DNA of 64,000 nucleotides from the NCBI GenBank assembly GCA_045837725.1, contig JBEWZL010000272.1, positions 310,001 to 374,000 on the forward strand, given 5' to 3'. The notes beneath the pieces were generated by a model, which saw nothing but the letters and a program-made list of their open reading frames with translations, had not been told where the DNA came from and searched no databases. This document shows, one piece after another, positions 51,451 to 64,000 of this stretch; position 1 is the stretch's first letter; every line of letters begins with the position of its first letter. The DNA is from Vermamoeba vermiformis (taxonomy: Eukaryota). Made by a program: the position numbers and the translations under genes.

Positions 51451-52935
51451 TTAGAAATTGTAAGTAATGTCGTAAAAAGTGCGCACAGCCACGAGATTTT
51501 CATCGATCCACTTGGCCAGCTCTGCATCGACTGGTTGATATTGCCACAACGTCAGCGAGTGCGTCGGATCTGCTAACAGCGCTTGAGCCACATTCCACGA
51601 GTCTAATAATAGAGTAATAATTAATACATTATTATTAGCAAAATTCGGAAAAATGCTCAAAGGACGATGGTATTTTAAAATGAATTGAATTTTCCGACTC
51701 GGCCGATGTTTTCCATAGAAGGAAATGCTCTAACGCGAGATATACTATGTTTGGTAAACTCTATTTAAGGCGACACTTACTGCGCAATATTCTAACTTCG
51801 AGCGCGAAAGTGATGTGCGTGATTTCAGGCGAATATCTGTTGCTGTAGTAGAGCATGTCGTTGATGTTGGTCGCGCTGTATCTAATAATAGGAACAAAAA
51901 AATATAAGATTTATATATTATCAGCGATGTACAATAGAACTTCGAATTCAATTGAAAAATTAAGAAAAAATTTGATTGGACTCTAATAATATAGCTATTA
52001 TTATTGTTATAGCTATTTTAGGCAATCGAATAATTAATGAATTAATTAAGCTAATAATTTCACGATCAATCCACGAAAGCATGAAAATTACAATGAAATT
52101 GATTCGAAGATAAAATCATTGAGCTTGATCCGCCTTATTATACTAAACTCAAGTGGTATATGACAATATTAATGCACTTACTTGGCAGTCGTGGCGTTAG
52201 TGACACCACTCATGGCCCAGCCCAAGCTGAGTGTCGCACTCGGCAACAATTGGCGGCACGTGTAGATGAACCAGTTGGGGTCGAATAAGGAGCGACCACC
52301 GCCTAGTGTAGAGAACTCGGATTAATAGGCGTATCATATATAGTAATATTTGTTGTTAAGTTCCGTGAGGAGGTTTGGATCTCTATTACCAAATAAGGAG
52401 AAATTTAATTACTGTACGTAGTAAAATTAGGAACGTATAAAAATGACTCGAATTTTCATAATAAGCGTCTATTGTAATTTCAACGTAATTAATTCGATTG
52501 ATTTCCTTTTTTGGTAATTTAAATGTAGAGTGTCAAGAGGGCGATCTGGCCCGTTCTTGCATTGTACGTACCAGGACCAGAGACAATATCAGCATTGAGC
52601 ATAATAGGCATCTTATTCGTATTAATGGTTTTGAGCCAATTCAGCGCTGGTTCAACTGCCGCCATTTCTTTGAAATCCAACTTGAATCCTCTTTTCGGTC
52701 CAGATGTGGCGTTCAAAATCGACAAAACGAATTCATGTAGAGTTAAATCGCTAGTCTTATTAGGCGGATGAGCCATAATTAATTCGCCAGTTGAAGACAA
52801 GCTCACATCTGCCTCGATCATGTTCGTTACGTTGTTATTCAAAACTTGTCTTAATGTCGCTCTATCATTGACCCCGTGGCTCCATTTAATTTGTGTGCCA
52901 TCTTCTACGTCAAAATATTCATATAATACACTCAT
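51451..52935 (-). CDS. FAM151/Menorin-family (PLC-like phosphodiesterase fold) protein
   Basis: IKWSHGVN...MIEADV...IMAHPP..SDLTL..F...GFKLDFK...PIMLNADIVSGPG, ATLSLGW, HSLTLW, TFYDI. Confidence 0.85.
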
Positions 52936-53599
52936 TTCAAGGCCTGGTCGTGCATCTGAAAATTGAGATCGTTAGATCAACTTTTCTATCGAGGTTATAG
53001 CATTATTTTGCACGTATTTAGTTTCAAAATAATATTTAAAGTAACATATTACAAAAAACAACGTATGAAATGCAAGACAGTTTTAAATCTGAAAGGGCAA
53101 ACCAAATTTCGGATCTGGTATTATTCTGCTTTAAATAACTTATTGCACCAATAATAAATATACACTCGCTATGTTAATGTTATTTTGAGTGATACGATAA
53201 ATATCCGGAATTTTTTGAATTATTTGAATAAATAGCCGTTGGATCAACTTACTTCGATGCACGTATGAGAACAGGCCCGTGAATAATATAATAAATCCAA
53301 TAAATAAAAATCCGACAGCGTGGAGTATTCTTTTTTCCCTCTGCGTGCTGTTGTCAAGATGAGATTAGCGGTTAGCCAAACAAACCAGATGTGAGCTTAC
53401 TAAGGGTCTAAATTAGGGTTATATTCTTCTTGCATGGTTATACTGTAGTTGTTGTTTTATATACAGAAGCACGAACAGTAATTGGGACCGCTAAACACAA
53501 AAAGGCAAGTATGGCACGTGCTTTTTTGAATTTGATCTGTCTTGACTCCTTTATGTTGTTTGGATGGAAAAGAAGGACTTGCAGCGGTTATAGAGCGTT

Positions 53600-54760
53600 T
53601 CGCTGTTTATTCAAAGCCACTCTCGCCAAGAGACTGATCTCGAGATCGTACTTCTCTCCGCATCTGGCAACTCACCAGAGATTGACAAACAATAACGAAG
53701 TCTAGACGATCGTAGAGAGGTCCTTAAAGAAAGAATTTCCTCAAATTGAAGCCAATGCCTGAAGGCGAAGCTTATTCTTCGGTCCTCAACGCATTTTTGA
53801 GCTTGACGCTGGAACGAGAGAATGGTTGGACCAGCGAAACGAAAAAGACTGGCGTTGTGGTTCATGAACGGCAGTTTTTCATGAAATAGCAAATCTCGCG
53901 TTGTATCTCCGGCTTCTCCAAGGCAGTAATCATTGGAAATCTGGCTTATTAGAGCTCACAGCTTTCGTACCTCGGTCAAATTCGACAGTCTACGATCCAT
54001 ACTCGAAGCTGAACCAGGTTTAGTTTCGGATGCGGATTTGTAACGGCTCAGATCTCGGCTTGGCAGTATCCTGGAGCATTCCGAGTAGTGAATATGTTGC
54101 ACTTATGGCATGTTGATAACATGGCAACAGCTATTTAGCGTCCACAACGTAGTGGCTCGTAGATCCGCAATCGGCCTTGGTTCCTGTGATGAAGAATCAG
54201 CTCGTAGTTGCATATTATCATAGTATAAGACTGACCTATTAATTTCCTTGGATTAGCCAACGTTTACACGAGGCAGAGAGAGGAAACGAGCGAAAGATTG
54301 CGCAGTAAATTTCGTTCCAACCAAGTTCTTCGGCAGACCAAAACAAAAGTCCAGCCAAAAAGCGTGTAACGATTCATGAACGATTTTGTTCTCAGAATAT
54401 TCCTATTTTTATCGGCTATTGGCAAGCCACAAGCGTGCTCAGATCTCGGTTTGCCGACATCGTAGAGGTACTAAAGTTGCTGTTAGTATACTGAATAGAG
54501 TCATATAATGCTATGCATTACTTGATATTTTGAAGAAAGCGAGCAGAGTCCGGATGTTGAGTCAGAGTAACCTAAATCTGGCTTTGTCGAAGCCTATCTT
54601 CAACAGACTAGTTCAATGACGAACCATTCATGCTTATCTCGTTATTAAACTTAACTTGCTGCTATAGAGCCATCAGCATGCTCCTGAACAAATAACCAAT
54701 TAGTTTGTTTGAGTAGTTCGTTGCTCTTCGACCCAAACCAGCTCAACTCAAAGTACTTAT
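53600..54760 (-). pseudogene. Degraded intron-containing gene fragment of unknown family
   Basis: Coding-like composition and residual splice signals. Segments such as YFELSWFGSKSNELLKQTNWLF and KIVHESLHAFWLDFCFGLPKNL are broken by stops and frameshifts. Confidence 0.35.
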
Positions 54761-55361
54761 ATAATTATTAGCGAATGGTTGTAATACAATATCTCTAAAG
54801 GATCGGAGAACGGTTGGTTGTCTTAGCCAAACCGGGGCTTACTTGGACTATGATTAAAATTTTCTATTCTACTGGAATAATATAAATCCTATTATATTGA
54901 AAGTTCCGTACGTAGGTAAGAATCCTTTGCTGCTTAAAAAAATTTGAAAATTAAAAAGTTTCAAATCTCCGATCCCGAGCTGTAATTAATGTAATAAATT
55001 CTCGTTCGGGTATTGCGATATTTACGTGCACAGATGTTAATTCTTACCAATAGTATTTAAGAGAAAAAAGTTCCGCGCGAGATTTGGTAAACTAAATCCA
55101 CTTCGGACCTTTCCGTAATGCTCATTGATTAGCAATGGTACGCTAGTATGTTGTATAGTTCATCATATTTAATTCAACTAACCGGGCAAGGTACCAAAAT
55201 TCCTTCATGATGAAATCCGGCTAGGAAACTCGATTAATTTTCGATTTTTCAGGCAAAGTGTCACATACTGACGCGTGGAGCAGTTTGAATTACACAAGAC
55301 CAACTGTGGTACATAAATGCGCTTGTCCACGTCTTAAATTCGGTTATATTCATCCAACAAG

Positions 55362-58300
55362 ATGGCATCCGAAACAAGAGAAGAATTATTGAAAGAACTG
55401 CAACGTTTACGCGAAGAAAATAAACAACTCGAATGTAATACGACGCAGCAAGCTAAAAATGCAAAAATTATTCTTGATGGCATGCAACAAATGGTTTTAC
55501 TTTGGGATCTGGAAGGAAAAATTCTGACGGCAACTTCAACTTGTTTAAAGACAGCAAATATATCGATAGAAGAGTCTAAAAATAAGCCAGCATGGTAATA
55601 TTAATATTATATTACATACTAGCGAATATTCGATTCAAAGTTCAAATAACTGGTCGATAATCTTATTAATTTATTTTAATTGCGTTAAATTGAATCAATT
55701 TGCTGGTTTAATACGCCCCATATTACATTATTATATAATATGATGGCTAATATAAATTAGTTCGGTTCAATATCGAAAGTCAAGATTCGATCTGCTGAAC
55801 TAACGACATTTTTTCAGGGATGTTGGAATGTTCGATGATAATGAGCGCAAAAAAGTGCAAACATATTATACGAACCTTATTCAAACGAAAAAACCTCAAT
55901 TACAACGGACTGCTGCGTGGGATCACTTTTTTGGATCGAAACAAAAAATCATGATGGAGATGCTCTTAAATCCAGTATTCAAAGACGGTACGTATATATT
56001 AGTTAGTATTGTTTCAAAATATTAGGGCACTGTTTGAAATTAATTTTGTTTGTGGTCGTATTTTTCGCAGATTCGATCTGTAACACTGACTTTTTGCTAA
56101 CCTTCCCTTAAAATTCAGAAACGAGCGAAGAGCTCGAATATATTATAGTCGAAGCGTGGAATATAACCCAAAAACATCTCGCGGAAACTGAATTGGCAAA
56201 GAAAATTGAAGAAATGCAAAGTTTGACAAGTCGCGTCCAAGAAATCGATGCACTGCGCAGTAAATTTCTTGCTAATATTAGCCATGAGCTGAAGACCCCT
56301 TTGGCACTTATTTTAGCTGCGCTGGATAAAATGAAATCGATCCACGAAGGCGAAAATGGTTCGGAAAATTCGTTGAGCACATCCAGCGAAGATGATGCCA
56401 AATCATTAGAAGTCATCAAACTCAATTCATTTACACTACTAAAGGTATGTATATGATATATGGACGATTAAGAGCTCTTCGTAAATTAGTTTGCCGTAAT
56501 CTAATTGATGTAGAAAAATTCGTCACAGAGAATTCTCCTTTTATGGCAAATCGCAATATATTTTCATCTTCGAATACATCTTAGTATTACCTATATATAA
56601 TATAGTGCCGTTATCGTTTATTCTTTTCACTAACGAATACTTTTTTTCGGATGCATCCAGTACGTGAATGATCTGCTGGAAATTTCGAAGTTAGATACGG
56701 GCAAAATAGAAATGATATACAGCCAAGTCATATTCACCGATTTTATCAAAAGAATTGCTTCACATTTCGAATTACTAGCAAAAGAAAATCAAATCAATTA
56801 CGAGATTCAAATGCCCGATCCATTCGCAGCGCACATCGATATTGATAAGATGGAGAAGACCTGCTTTAATTTAATATCAAATGCATTCAAGTTCACGCCA
56901 CAAAATGGAAATATAAGAATAAGGTGCGTAATTACATCGTAAAATTATTTTCAATTTGGTATACCGCAACAGTAGATCCGGTATACAATTAATTAGATCA
57001 ACAAATAACGGTATTATTCCATATTAGTGAATTTCGGATTATTGTTTTTCAATTTTTTTCTTGATTTTCTTTGTTTGGCCGTTTATCGAAAAAACTCGAA
57101 TCGAATCAAAAATATTTGCATTAATTTTATTACCAAATAAAGAGTTCGCTCCGAATCTCCGACGATAGAACAGTTGCAAGGATCAGTCGAGGTCTCCGTG
57201 TCAGATTCGGGGCCCGGATTAATTCCCGAAGTTCAAGATCGCGTGTTTGAACGGTTCAATCAAAACGTGCCACGTGCCGCTGGTGGCACTGGGCTGGGTC
57301 TATCAATAGCCCACGAATTTGTGCAATTACATGGCGGCAGCGTGACGATCGCTACATCCGAATTTGGTGGCGCGGAGTTTTTACTGAAATTTCCGATGTT
57401 TGCGACAGCAGGCACCAAGATCCACTACAACTTTGTAAATAATTCAACGAGCAATACGAATAAGACTAAAGATATATATAAGAAGATAGAAGACATCAAA
57501 AAATCATCGCCCATCTCGGATGTAGCGGCGCAGACATTAGCCGATCTGAAATTGAACAGAACCAACATGCCCGATGAAGCAGCATACGCAGAAGCGGAAA
57601 AACGGATAAATACAGTGACACGTGTCAAGGGCCCGTTCTCGAGTCAGCCCCTGCCAGAAGGCGCGGAAAAACCTTTAGTCCTGGTCGTGGAGGACAACAT
57701 TGCCATCGGCGAGTACATTCAAAAGATCTTGCGCGAGGACTACAGAGTGGTGTATGCCTATAACGGTGAAGATGGACTCATGAAGGCGAGGAAATATCGA
57801 CCTGATTGCATTGGTACGTACTACTCAGATCTTGTTGTAGTTGGATCCGGATCCAAACCCTTTAAAACTCCCTTTTATTATCGACCTTATTGATCCAAAT
57901 AATAATATGATCTTATGTTATAATCAGTATTATTTGATCGAAAGCGGATCCGGATGTGATTGACGATCGATGACTTTAACCGCGTTGAGAGTTTGACACT
58001 AATGATTGTTTTCCTATTATAGTAACGGACTTGATGATGCCGCTCATGACGGGAGATCGAATGATTGCAGAAATTCGTAATAGTCAAAATATGGATATTA
58101 TTCCGATCATCATTTTGACGGCCAAAGAAGACGATAAAATGCGCATTGCATTGCTACAAAATGGCGCGCAAGATATCATTGAAAAACCATTCAACGCATC
58201 AGATCTGCTGGCACGTGTCAATAATTTAGTCCGCACGAAAGTCATGTGGCAACAACTCGTCACGGCCATTGCGAAAAACAACGAGGGCATTGAAGAGCTC

Positions 58301-58456
58301 ATGGACGATTTGTCTTATTTATTTAAAAATCCGCAATTGTTGGATGAAGTCTTGACCAAAGAAAACGAAGATAGTAATAACAATAATAATAATAATAATA
58401 ATAACTCTCAAGGTTCTTCGTCACGGCGTGGATCTCAAACTCGAAACAACAAATAA
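55362..58456 (+). CDS. Hybrid sensor histidine kinase (PAS-like, HisKA, HATPase, receiver)
   Basis: FLANISHELKTPL, NLISNAFKFT, VSDSGPG, GGTGLGLSI, VLVVEDN...TDLMMP...ILTAK...IEKPF. Confidence 0.95.
58376..58405 (+). repeat. (AAT)n microsatellite encoding poly-Asn
   Basis: Ten consecutive AAY codons in the kinase tail. Confidence 0.85.
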
Positions 58457-58587
58457 ACGCGGAACAAAACGTAATTAATCGGCAATCGAGTCAATCATCA
58501 AAGTCTAGTAAGTATAAACTATATTACAGTTATATAAATACAAATATACAGTTTTTCGCCGGTGTCAAATAGACCGAGCACTTCGTT

Positions 58588-61099
58588 CTATTTTCTAACA
58601 AACAGGCCTGGCGTACGTTGAACAACAACGACGGGAGCAAGCGCATTCGGTGCAACATTTTCTTTGTCCTGTGCATAGGCCTGCTTTGTTTGGCTCACCC
58701 CAGACGCAGGACTAAGAGCTTGACATTGAGGCTTGGCAATCACCTTCACGGGCACTGTTCGTTGATTCAACGATGCCTCAATCTTCTGGCACTCTGTCAA
58801 CGCGTCTGCAGCACTAATGCGTTGCGTCGAGTCCTCTTCAAGCATTTGACGAACAAGCTCAACTGAGAAAAGATAGTAAGTACAATGGCTAAGCAATAGT
58901 ACGCTCAATGAAGATACTCACTTAGCGATGTAGGAGCCAATGGCGAAGCGCGCAAAGATATTACCTCGGACAAAATATCAGCCCGATCTTGGTTGTTTGC
59001 AATCTTTCTGTTGTAGATCTATCGCCAAATGATTAGTTCAAGTAAGAATTTCAACGAACGCTGCAAGTTTACCAAGGAAGCAAGAACAAGGCCCATGGAG
59101 AACACATCCGACTTTTCACAGATCGGCTCTCGTCTGAGCATCTCGGGAGCCATGAACAGCTTGGTGCCGCAGTAGAACTCAGCTTTCTGGCCCGGAACAA
59201 TCCGCCGTGCAGTCTACAACAAGTTAGCTTCATTTGGTATTGTAAGTTTTTAAGTATGCGTACCTCGAAGTCGATGAATCTCACTCGCTGACACTCAGTG
59301 TCATAGACAATGTTGTTCAATTTGACATCGCCGTGCAGGTACGATGCCTCATTGAGACTAGACAGCGCCTAATTAATCATGATTAGCGCTTAGCTTTACT
59401 CTTCGAAGATAATGTATTACCGTTAATAATTGCTTGCTCAGTCGTACAGTCTCCTTTGCTGACGTCGGCTGTGGTACTTCATCGTACAACGGTGTGGCTA
59501 TGGCAAAAAAATTGTCGCCCTTGTCCAACCACATCAGCGGAGCAACATACGGACCTATGGAATAATCGTGAGTCCAAAGATTATGAACGCTCTTCTAATA
59601 CCTTTCAAAGCTTGTAACCTCCTTGCTTCCAACTTGATGCGATCACGTGGGCCGGCTTTTCGCGCAAATAGTTGGTTATTGCACGATACCACCTGCACGT
59701 TATCTGCAATCTAAAAGGTGTCAGTTAACGATTGATTTGTTGATTGTACTAGCTCACGTCTTCCACTGCAGAGCATTGCTTTGGATTGTATCCAGAATGT
59801 TTGTTCGGAGGTTGGTTCTCTTTGCTAGCAGACTTAATTGCTTTAACAGGGCTCGATTTCTCTGTGGAATTCGTAGACCTTTTGGAACGTGAAGAATTTG
59901 TGTTTGTACTTCGGGGCAACGCTTGCTCTTCTGCCATCGCTGCCTTCCTTCGCTTGACTATATCGAGCAGTTGGTTGATAATCTCCAACCTTCGTTTGTG
60001 GGATACCATCTTCACGCCAAGCAGTATGTGATGGATGTAAACAGCCAAACGGTTGAGGACGGTGACAATATAGGCCCGATCCAAATAAGTTGTTGCTCTG
60101 TGCTGGAACAGCAGCGTATCGAGCAACTGGCCGTCTGCATCGCGCTTCATGGCAAAGATACGCCATTCTCTGTCGTCCACAAAATAGCCAAAATTGAATT
60201 CTGGAGCGTTTTCCCAAACAAGTTCCATCATTTCTCTGGTGTAACGCATCTCAGCGAGTAACTTTGATCTAGCAACGTTTGTTAATTAAGTGTGTTAATT
60301 GAACGAACGGTAAAAAACTTACACTCCGTCGCTGTACTCGCTAGCATCGTCTTCCTTCATGTGTTCGCCAATGAATATTGGTAGAGGAAGGACGGTAGTT
60401 CCTAAGTGCTCTTCAGCGATTGTGTGGAACAATTGTAGGAACTTCGCCGTTGTGTTTAGATCTGGGGTGTCGATTGCTGAGCACACAGATTGGGAGGCTT
60501 CGTTGTAGTAGAAGGGACCGGCGGCGCAGTCTGGCTTTAACAGAGGCATGTCGGGGCACATAAGGTTGCTAAGTAGATGATTGTTGCTACGTAGCAATCG
60601 TCAGTATTCATCTGAACTCAATGCTAACTCGATCGATCTTACCCAACGTGAAAGAGTAAGCTCTGCATGATTGATAATGCATTCCTACCAAGGCATGAAC
60701 CCTGCATAGCCATTTTCATAACGACAACGGAGGAATGCGTTGGGTACCACAGATAATTCCAAGAACCATCAGGAGTGCCGAGATTAGTCGCTACTGCTGC
60801 AGAATTAACCTCGCCAAATTTAACGGCGATGTCTGACTGTTTGCTCTGGCCAGAGTTAGCTTCCGAATCCGGATTCGATCTGAACTTACCTGCTCAGTCA
60901 GCATCTCCTTATAAGCCTCCCATAGGTGAGGAAACGTCACACATTCAGGCGTGAATATAACTTCTTTTTCATCGAAAGAAGGCAGGTCTTCGAAACCGTT
61001 TTTGAGCAGATTCGTTTCAAACTTGATGCCCTCTCTGGTCAGTATGAAGCGCTCCATATCGGCGGACCAATTTTCAGGTGTTAGAGTTGACTTGCTCAT
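58588..61099 (-). CDS. Ser/Thr protein kinase with a large uncharacterised N-terminal region
   Basis: YLHGDVKLNNI, VRFIDFE, CGTKLFMAPE, KSDVFSMG and MLEEDSTQRISAADAL across spliced exons. Confidence 0.8.
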
Positions 61100-61438
61100 G
61101 GTTGTTTGAATAATCAAATGAACGAAATTCAAAAATAAAAATTGTAACGGGAGGGAAATTTTATCAATTTTATTTCAAAATTCGACCAATCAGAGTTATA
61201 CGATTCCTCAAATGGCGTAACGGCTAGAAAACTGTTTCAAAAAAGGCGGGAAATTGGAGTTCGGTTCGCCAGCGTTAGGAACAAGAGCCAATTATCAATT
61301 GCGCCAGCTTTTCGCGCAACTGAAAGACAGGAGGAACGGAGTAAATAAGCTGCACAACCTGCATTATTGGTAAAGAGGGAAACTGTGGACGGTAGTTCGG
61401 TCTCGTGCTGTTAAAGATTAAAAAAGGTTGTTAAATGG

Positions 61439-61472
<34 letters not shown>

Positions 61473-61473
61473 A
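61439..61473. repeat. T14-A21 homopolymer junction
   Basis: Seen directly in the sequence. Confidence 0.9.
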
Positions 61474-61789
61474 CTGCTCTGAACAGTTCCAGCAGCGGAG
61501 CTTCATCGACGGACATTGTCAGGGATAAATGGATGCACCTAAGGTAATATATGAGCCGTTGAGTCCGTTGCGAGTGCGGGGTTACAACAAAAGCTATGAA
61601 TGAAATGAACTAATTTGAATGAAAAATTAAAAAACACTTGTTTTTTTTTTGTTGCCCAAACGAACATCACTTTGAAAAAATTAAAATTCTTTGATACAGT
61701 ACGCGAAGATAATACCAATAAGCTGTCTTATACACTCGAATTCATTATTTATTACGATGGATCAAAGCGTAATTTATTCCAAAGCTCGC

Positions 61790-63016
61790 TTAGAATTTAA
61801 TCATGTTGTTACGACCATCGACGCACATGTAAGATGTAGCAGCGTTCTGGCACTCATTCGTGGTAATCGAATCATACACCTCGCAGTTCTGGCAGAACGG
61901 ATTGTACTTGCAATCGAGGAACTGGACCTCGTCCTCATCGCAATCAACAGCGTAGCGGATAAGGTCGCCGTAGCAAACATCAGTAGCAATGTAAGTGACT
62001 GACGTAGGACTATGAATTAAATTTTTAGTCAGATCCGAATCTCGTCGTCCACATCCAAAAAAACTTACTCGAAGTTGCAATTGTTATCATTGTCTTCAAA
62101 ACGAACAATTTGTACCCACTTCTTCTTGTCAATTCTAAGTTGCTTGCCACAAGTTCTGTAGATGGTGTAGTCCGGTGTTTTGATGCACTGTTCCTCGCAG
62201 CCCGTAGCGTACATTTGGTCGATCGTGTACGGCAAGCTGTCATTGCACAAGTGATAGTAGTTGTAGTAGTCGATCTGAAGGACGGGCTCTGATGCAACAG
62301 GGCTAGTTGGGTCCACTGGGGGTGAAGGGAAGTTGCAGAACCATTCACCAACAATAGTGAGATCCGCATCCGTCGGGCTAATGACGGTAGTATTTTCAGC
62401 TTGAATAATGCCTTCTGGCACTATATATGTAATTAATATATATATACACCTCGTTTTATAACTTACAAAACTGGTTGCAGATCAGCTTTAAGGTCGTTCT
62501 TCGGGTCGATCCGCCGGAACAGCCAGTACAATTAGCACCGTCATTGTAGGTAATGAGAATACCAAGACCATTATCTAAATATTATTAGTATAATATTATA
62601 CAATTTATTAGCCATACCTAACGGCTCAACCACAGTTAAGGGATCATAAGCTCCGAAGCAGGTTGCACCGTGATCCGGCGCAGAACCGCAGGCGCTGCAA
62701 GAATCGACGCCGCAATATTCATCAAGAGCCCCACATATAGTCACGTTGACTACGTAGTCGCTGTACTCGTTGAAGACTTGGATCTTCCTACAACGAAAAT
62801 CAGAAAAATTTATTTTTCTTACCCGCAGAGGCGTTTTAACAAGAATAATATTGTCAAAAATAGTAAAATGCAATAACAATATTCTTACTGTCCCATGAGC
62901 CAGCTGATATCGTAAGCTGTTCCATCCGAAGCAACCACAATAGTCTGGTCGCAAAAAGCATGAGACAACGCTACGAAGCAGCCAAATACCAAAAAGAAGC
63001 TTAAATATGCCTTCAT
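61790..63016 (-). CDS. Secreted Cys-rich protein with an MRH (mannose-6-phosphate receptor homology)-like N-terminal domain
   Basis: Signal peptide MKAYLSFFLVFGCFVALSHA, then DGTAYDISWL, VTICGAL, GILITYNDGANC...RRTTLKLICN and IVGEWFC. Confidence 0.6.
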
Positions 63017-63168
63017 TGTGCTGATATACACTATTTAAGACTTTCTGGGCTGCTACAAATTTTGCTAGCAACAAAAATCTGATCGCGGTCAGAAAAAGTC
63101 AACGGACAATTAAGGCGCAAAAAAATCAGAATTCCAAAGTACATATTGTCGTATATAATATTACCACT

Positions 63169-64000
63169 ATGGACACAGAAAGCTTTCCATTTTTCTCGTT
63201 GCCAAATGAGCTCATCCACCAGTTGATGCAGTTCTTCGAGCCGTTGTCGTTGTGTCGCTTATCACAATGCAGTCACGAGCTAAAAGAACTTGCAAATGCT
63301 GATCATCTTTGGCAGCGATTAATTCCTGTCTATAAGGGCAAGATTATTGCGGTTAGCCAGGATGTAACAGGTATCCATCATTACCGCTCAATAATTAATT
63401 TATTAATGCTTATTATTTTCATTAGTATTATTTTCATTATTTTGCTTGCTAAATGAATAATTTAATTTTGTGGCGTAACTTTTCAAAATAAAATTTAGAT
63501 GTGACGTCGTCAATTTACTTACCCTTTATTAATTTTAGGCTGGAAAAATATATTCAAGGACGCCCAAGTGCACGAAATCATCGAGGATGCGTTGGAAACA
63601 ACATTTAATCCCGAAGAGATTCTTGAAGGCAAGCCGATGCGCGTTGGCATCAAGCGCGTCATTTTGAGTCCTGGCGTGTATAACGTCGAGCTCAAATATA
63701 CGGGCTACTCTCCTGTGATACTCGAGGGCTTATATGACAATCCTTGGAGCGAAAAGGAAGAGAATGAAAAAACATTTTTGACGCAGGTAAAAGACAAAGA
63801 AAACCCGCTGTTTGTGACTTATGGAGACTCGACTTTAAGAGTAAGTAATATATAAATATGCCTAGTATATTTAATTTTTGTGCTTTAATTGTTGATTTCT
63901 GGATTTGCTCATGCTCACAAGTTTTTGTTCAAAACTTCCGCAATTTATTCAGCGAAACGAATTATCTAATGTAATCTAATTATAGAACTTGGTAATGAAA
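63169..64000 (+). CDS. F-box protein, 3'-truncated by the window edge
   Basis: FFSLPNELIHQLMQFFEPLSLCRLSQCSHELKELANADHLWQRL. Confidence 0.85.

Noticed and set aside
63371-63379. Donor GTATCCATC resembling a U12 5' splice site
   Set aside because: Departs from GTATCCTT and no clear TCCTTAAC branch site follows; treated as ordinary GT-AG.

Overview
Gene-dense eukaryotic nuclear DNA with many short GT-AG introns (GTAAGT/GTACGT donors, CTAAY/CTGAC branch points close to the AG). The gene content (cAR/Crl-type GPCR, hybrid histidine kinase, many F-box genes) suggests a free-living protist, probably an amoebozoan; this is an inference. I assembled about 23 protein genes by eye, including TRRAP/Tra1, a LARP4-like protein, head-to-head Rab5-family paralogues, a SET/MYND methyltransferase, a FAM151/Menorin protein, a dynamin-superfamily GTPase, a Crinkler-type nuclease and five F-box genes. 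The most notable observations are: (1) an apparent AT-AC intron with U2-type signals in the Rab5-like paralogue, shifted 1 nt from the GT-AG intron in neighbouring Rab5; (2) a ~950-bp near-spacerless foldback whose two arms each keep outward-facing splice signals; (3) a cell-surface protein combining a truncated globin with a cupredoxin-like domain; (4) recurrent GATC clusters in introns; (5) a 44-aa ORF with an N-myristoylation motif. No rRNA, tRNA or CRISPR array was recognised. Gene coordinates span introns and were assigned by eye, and family calls come from motif recognition, not database searches.
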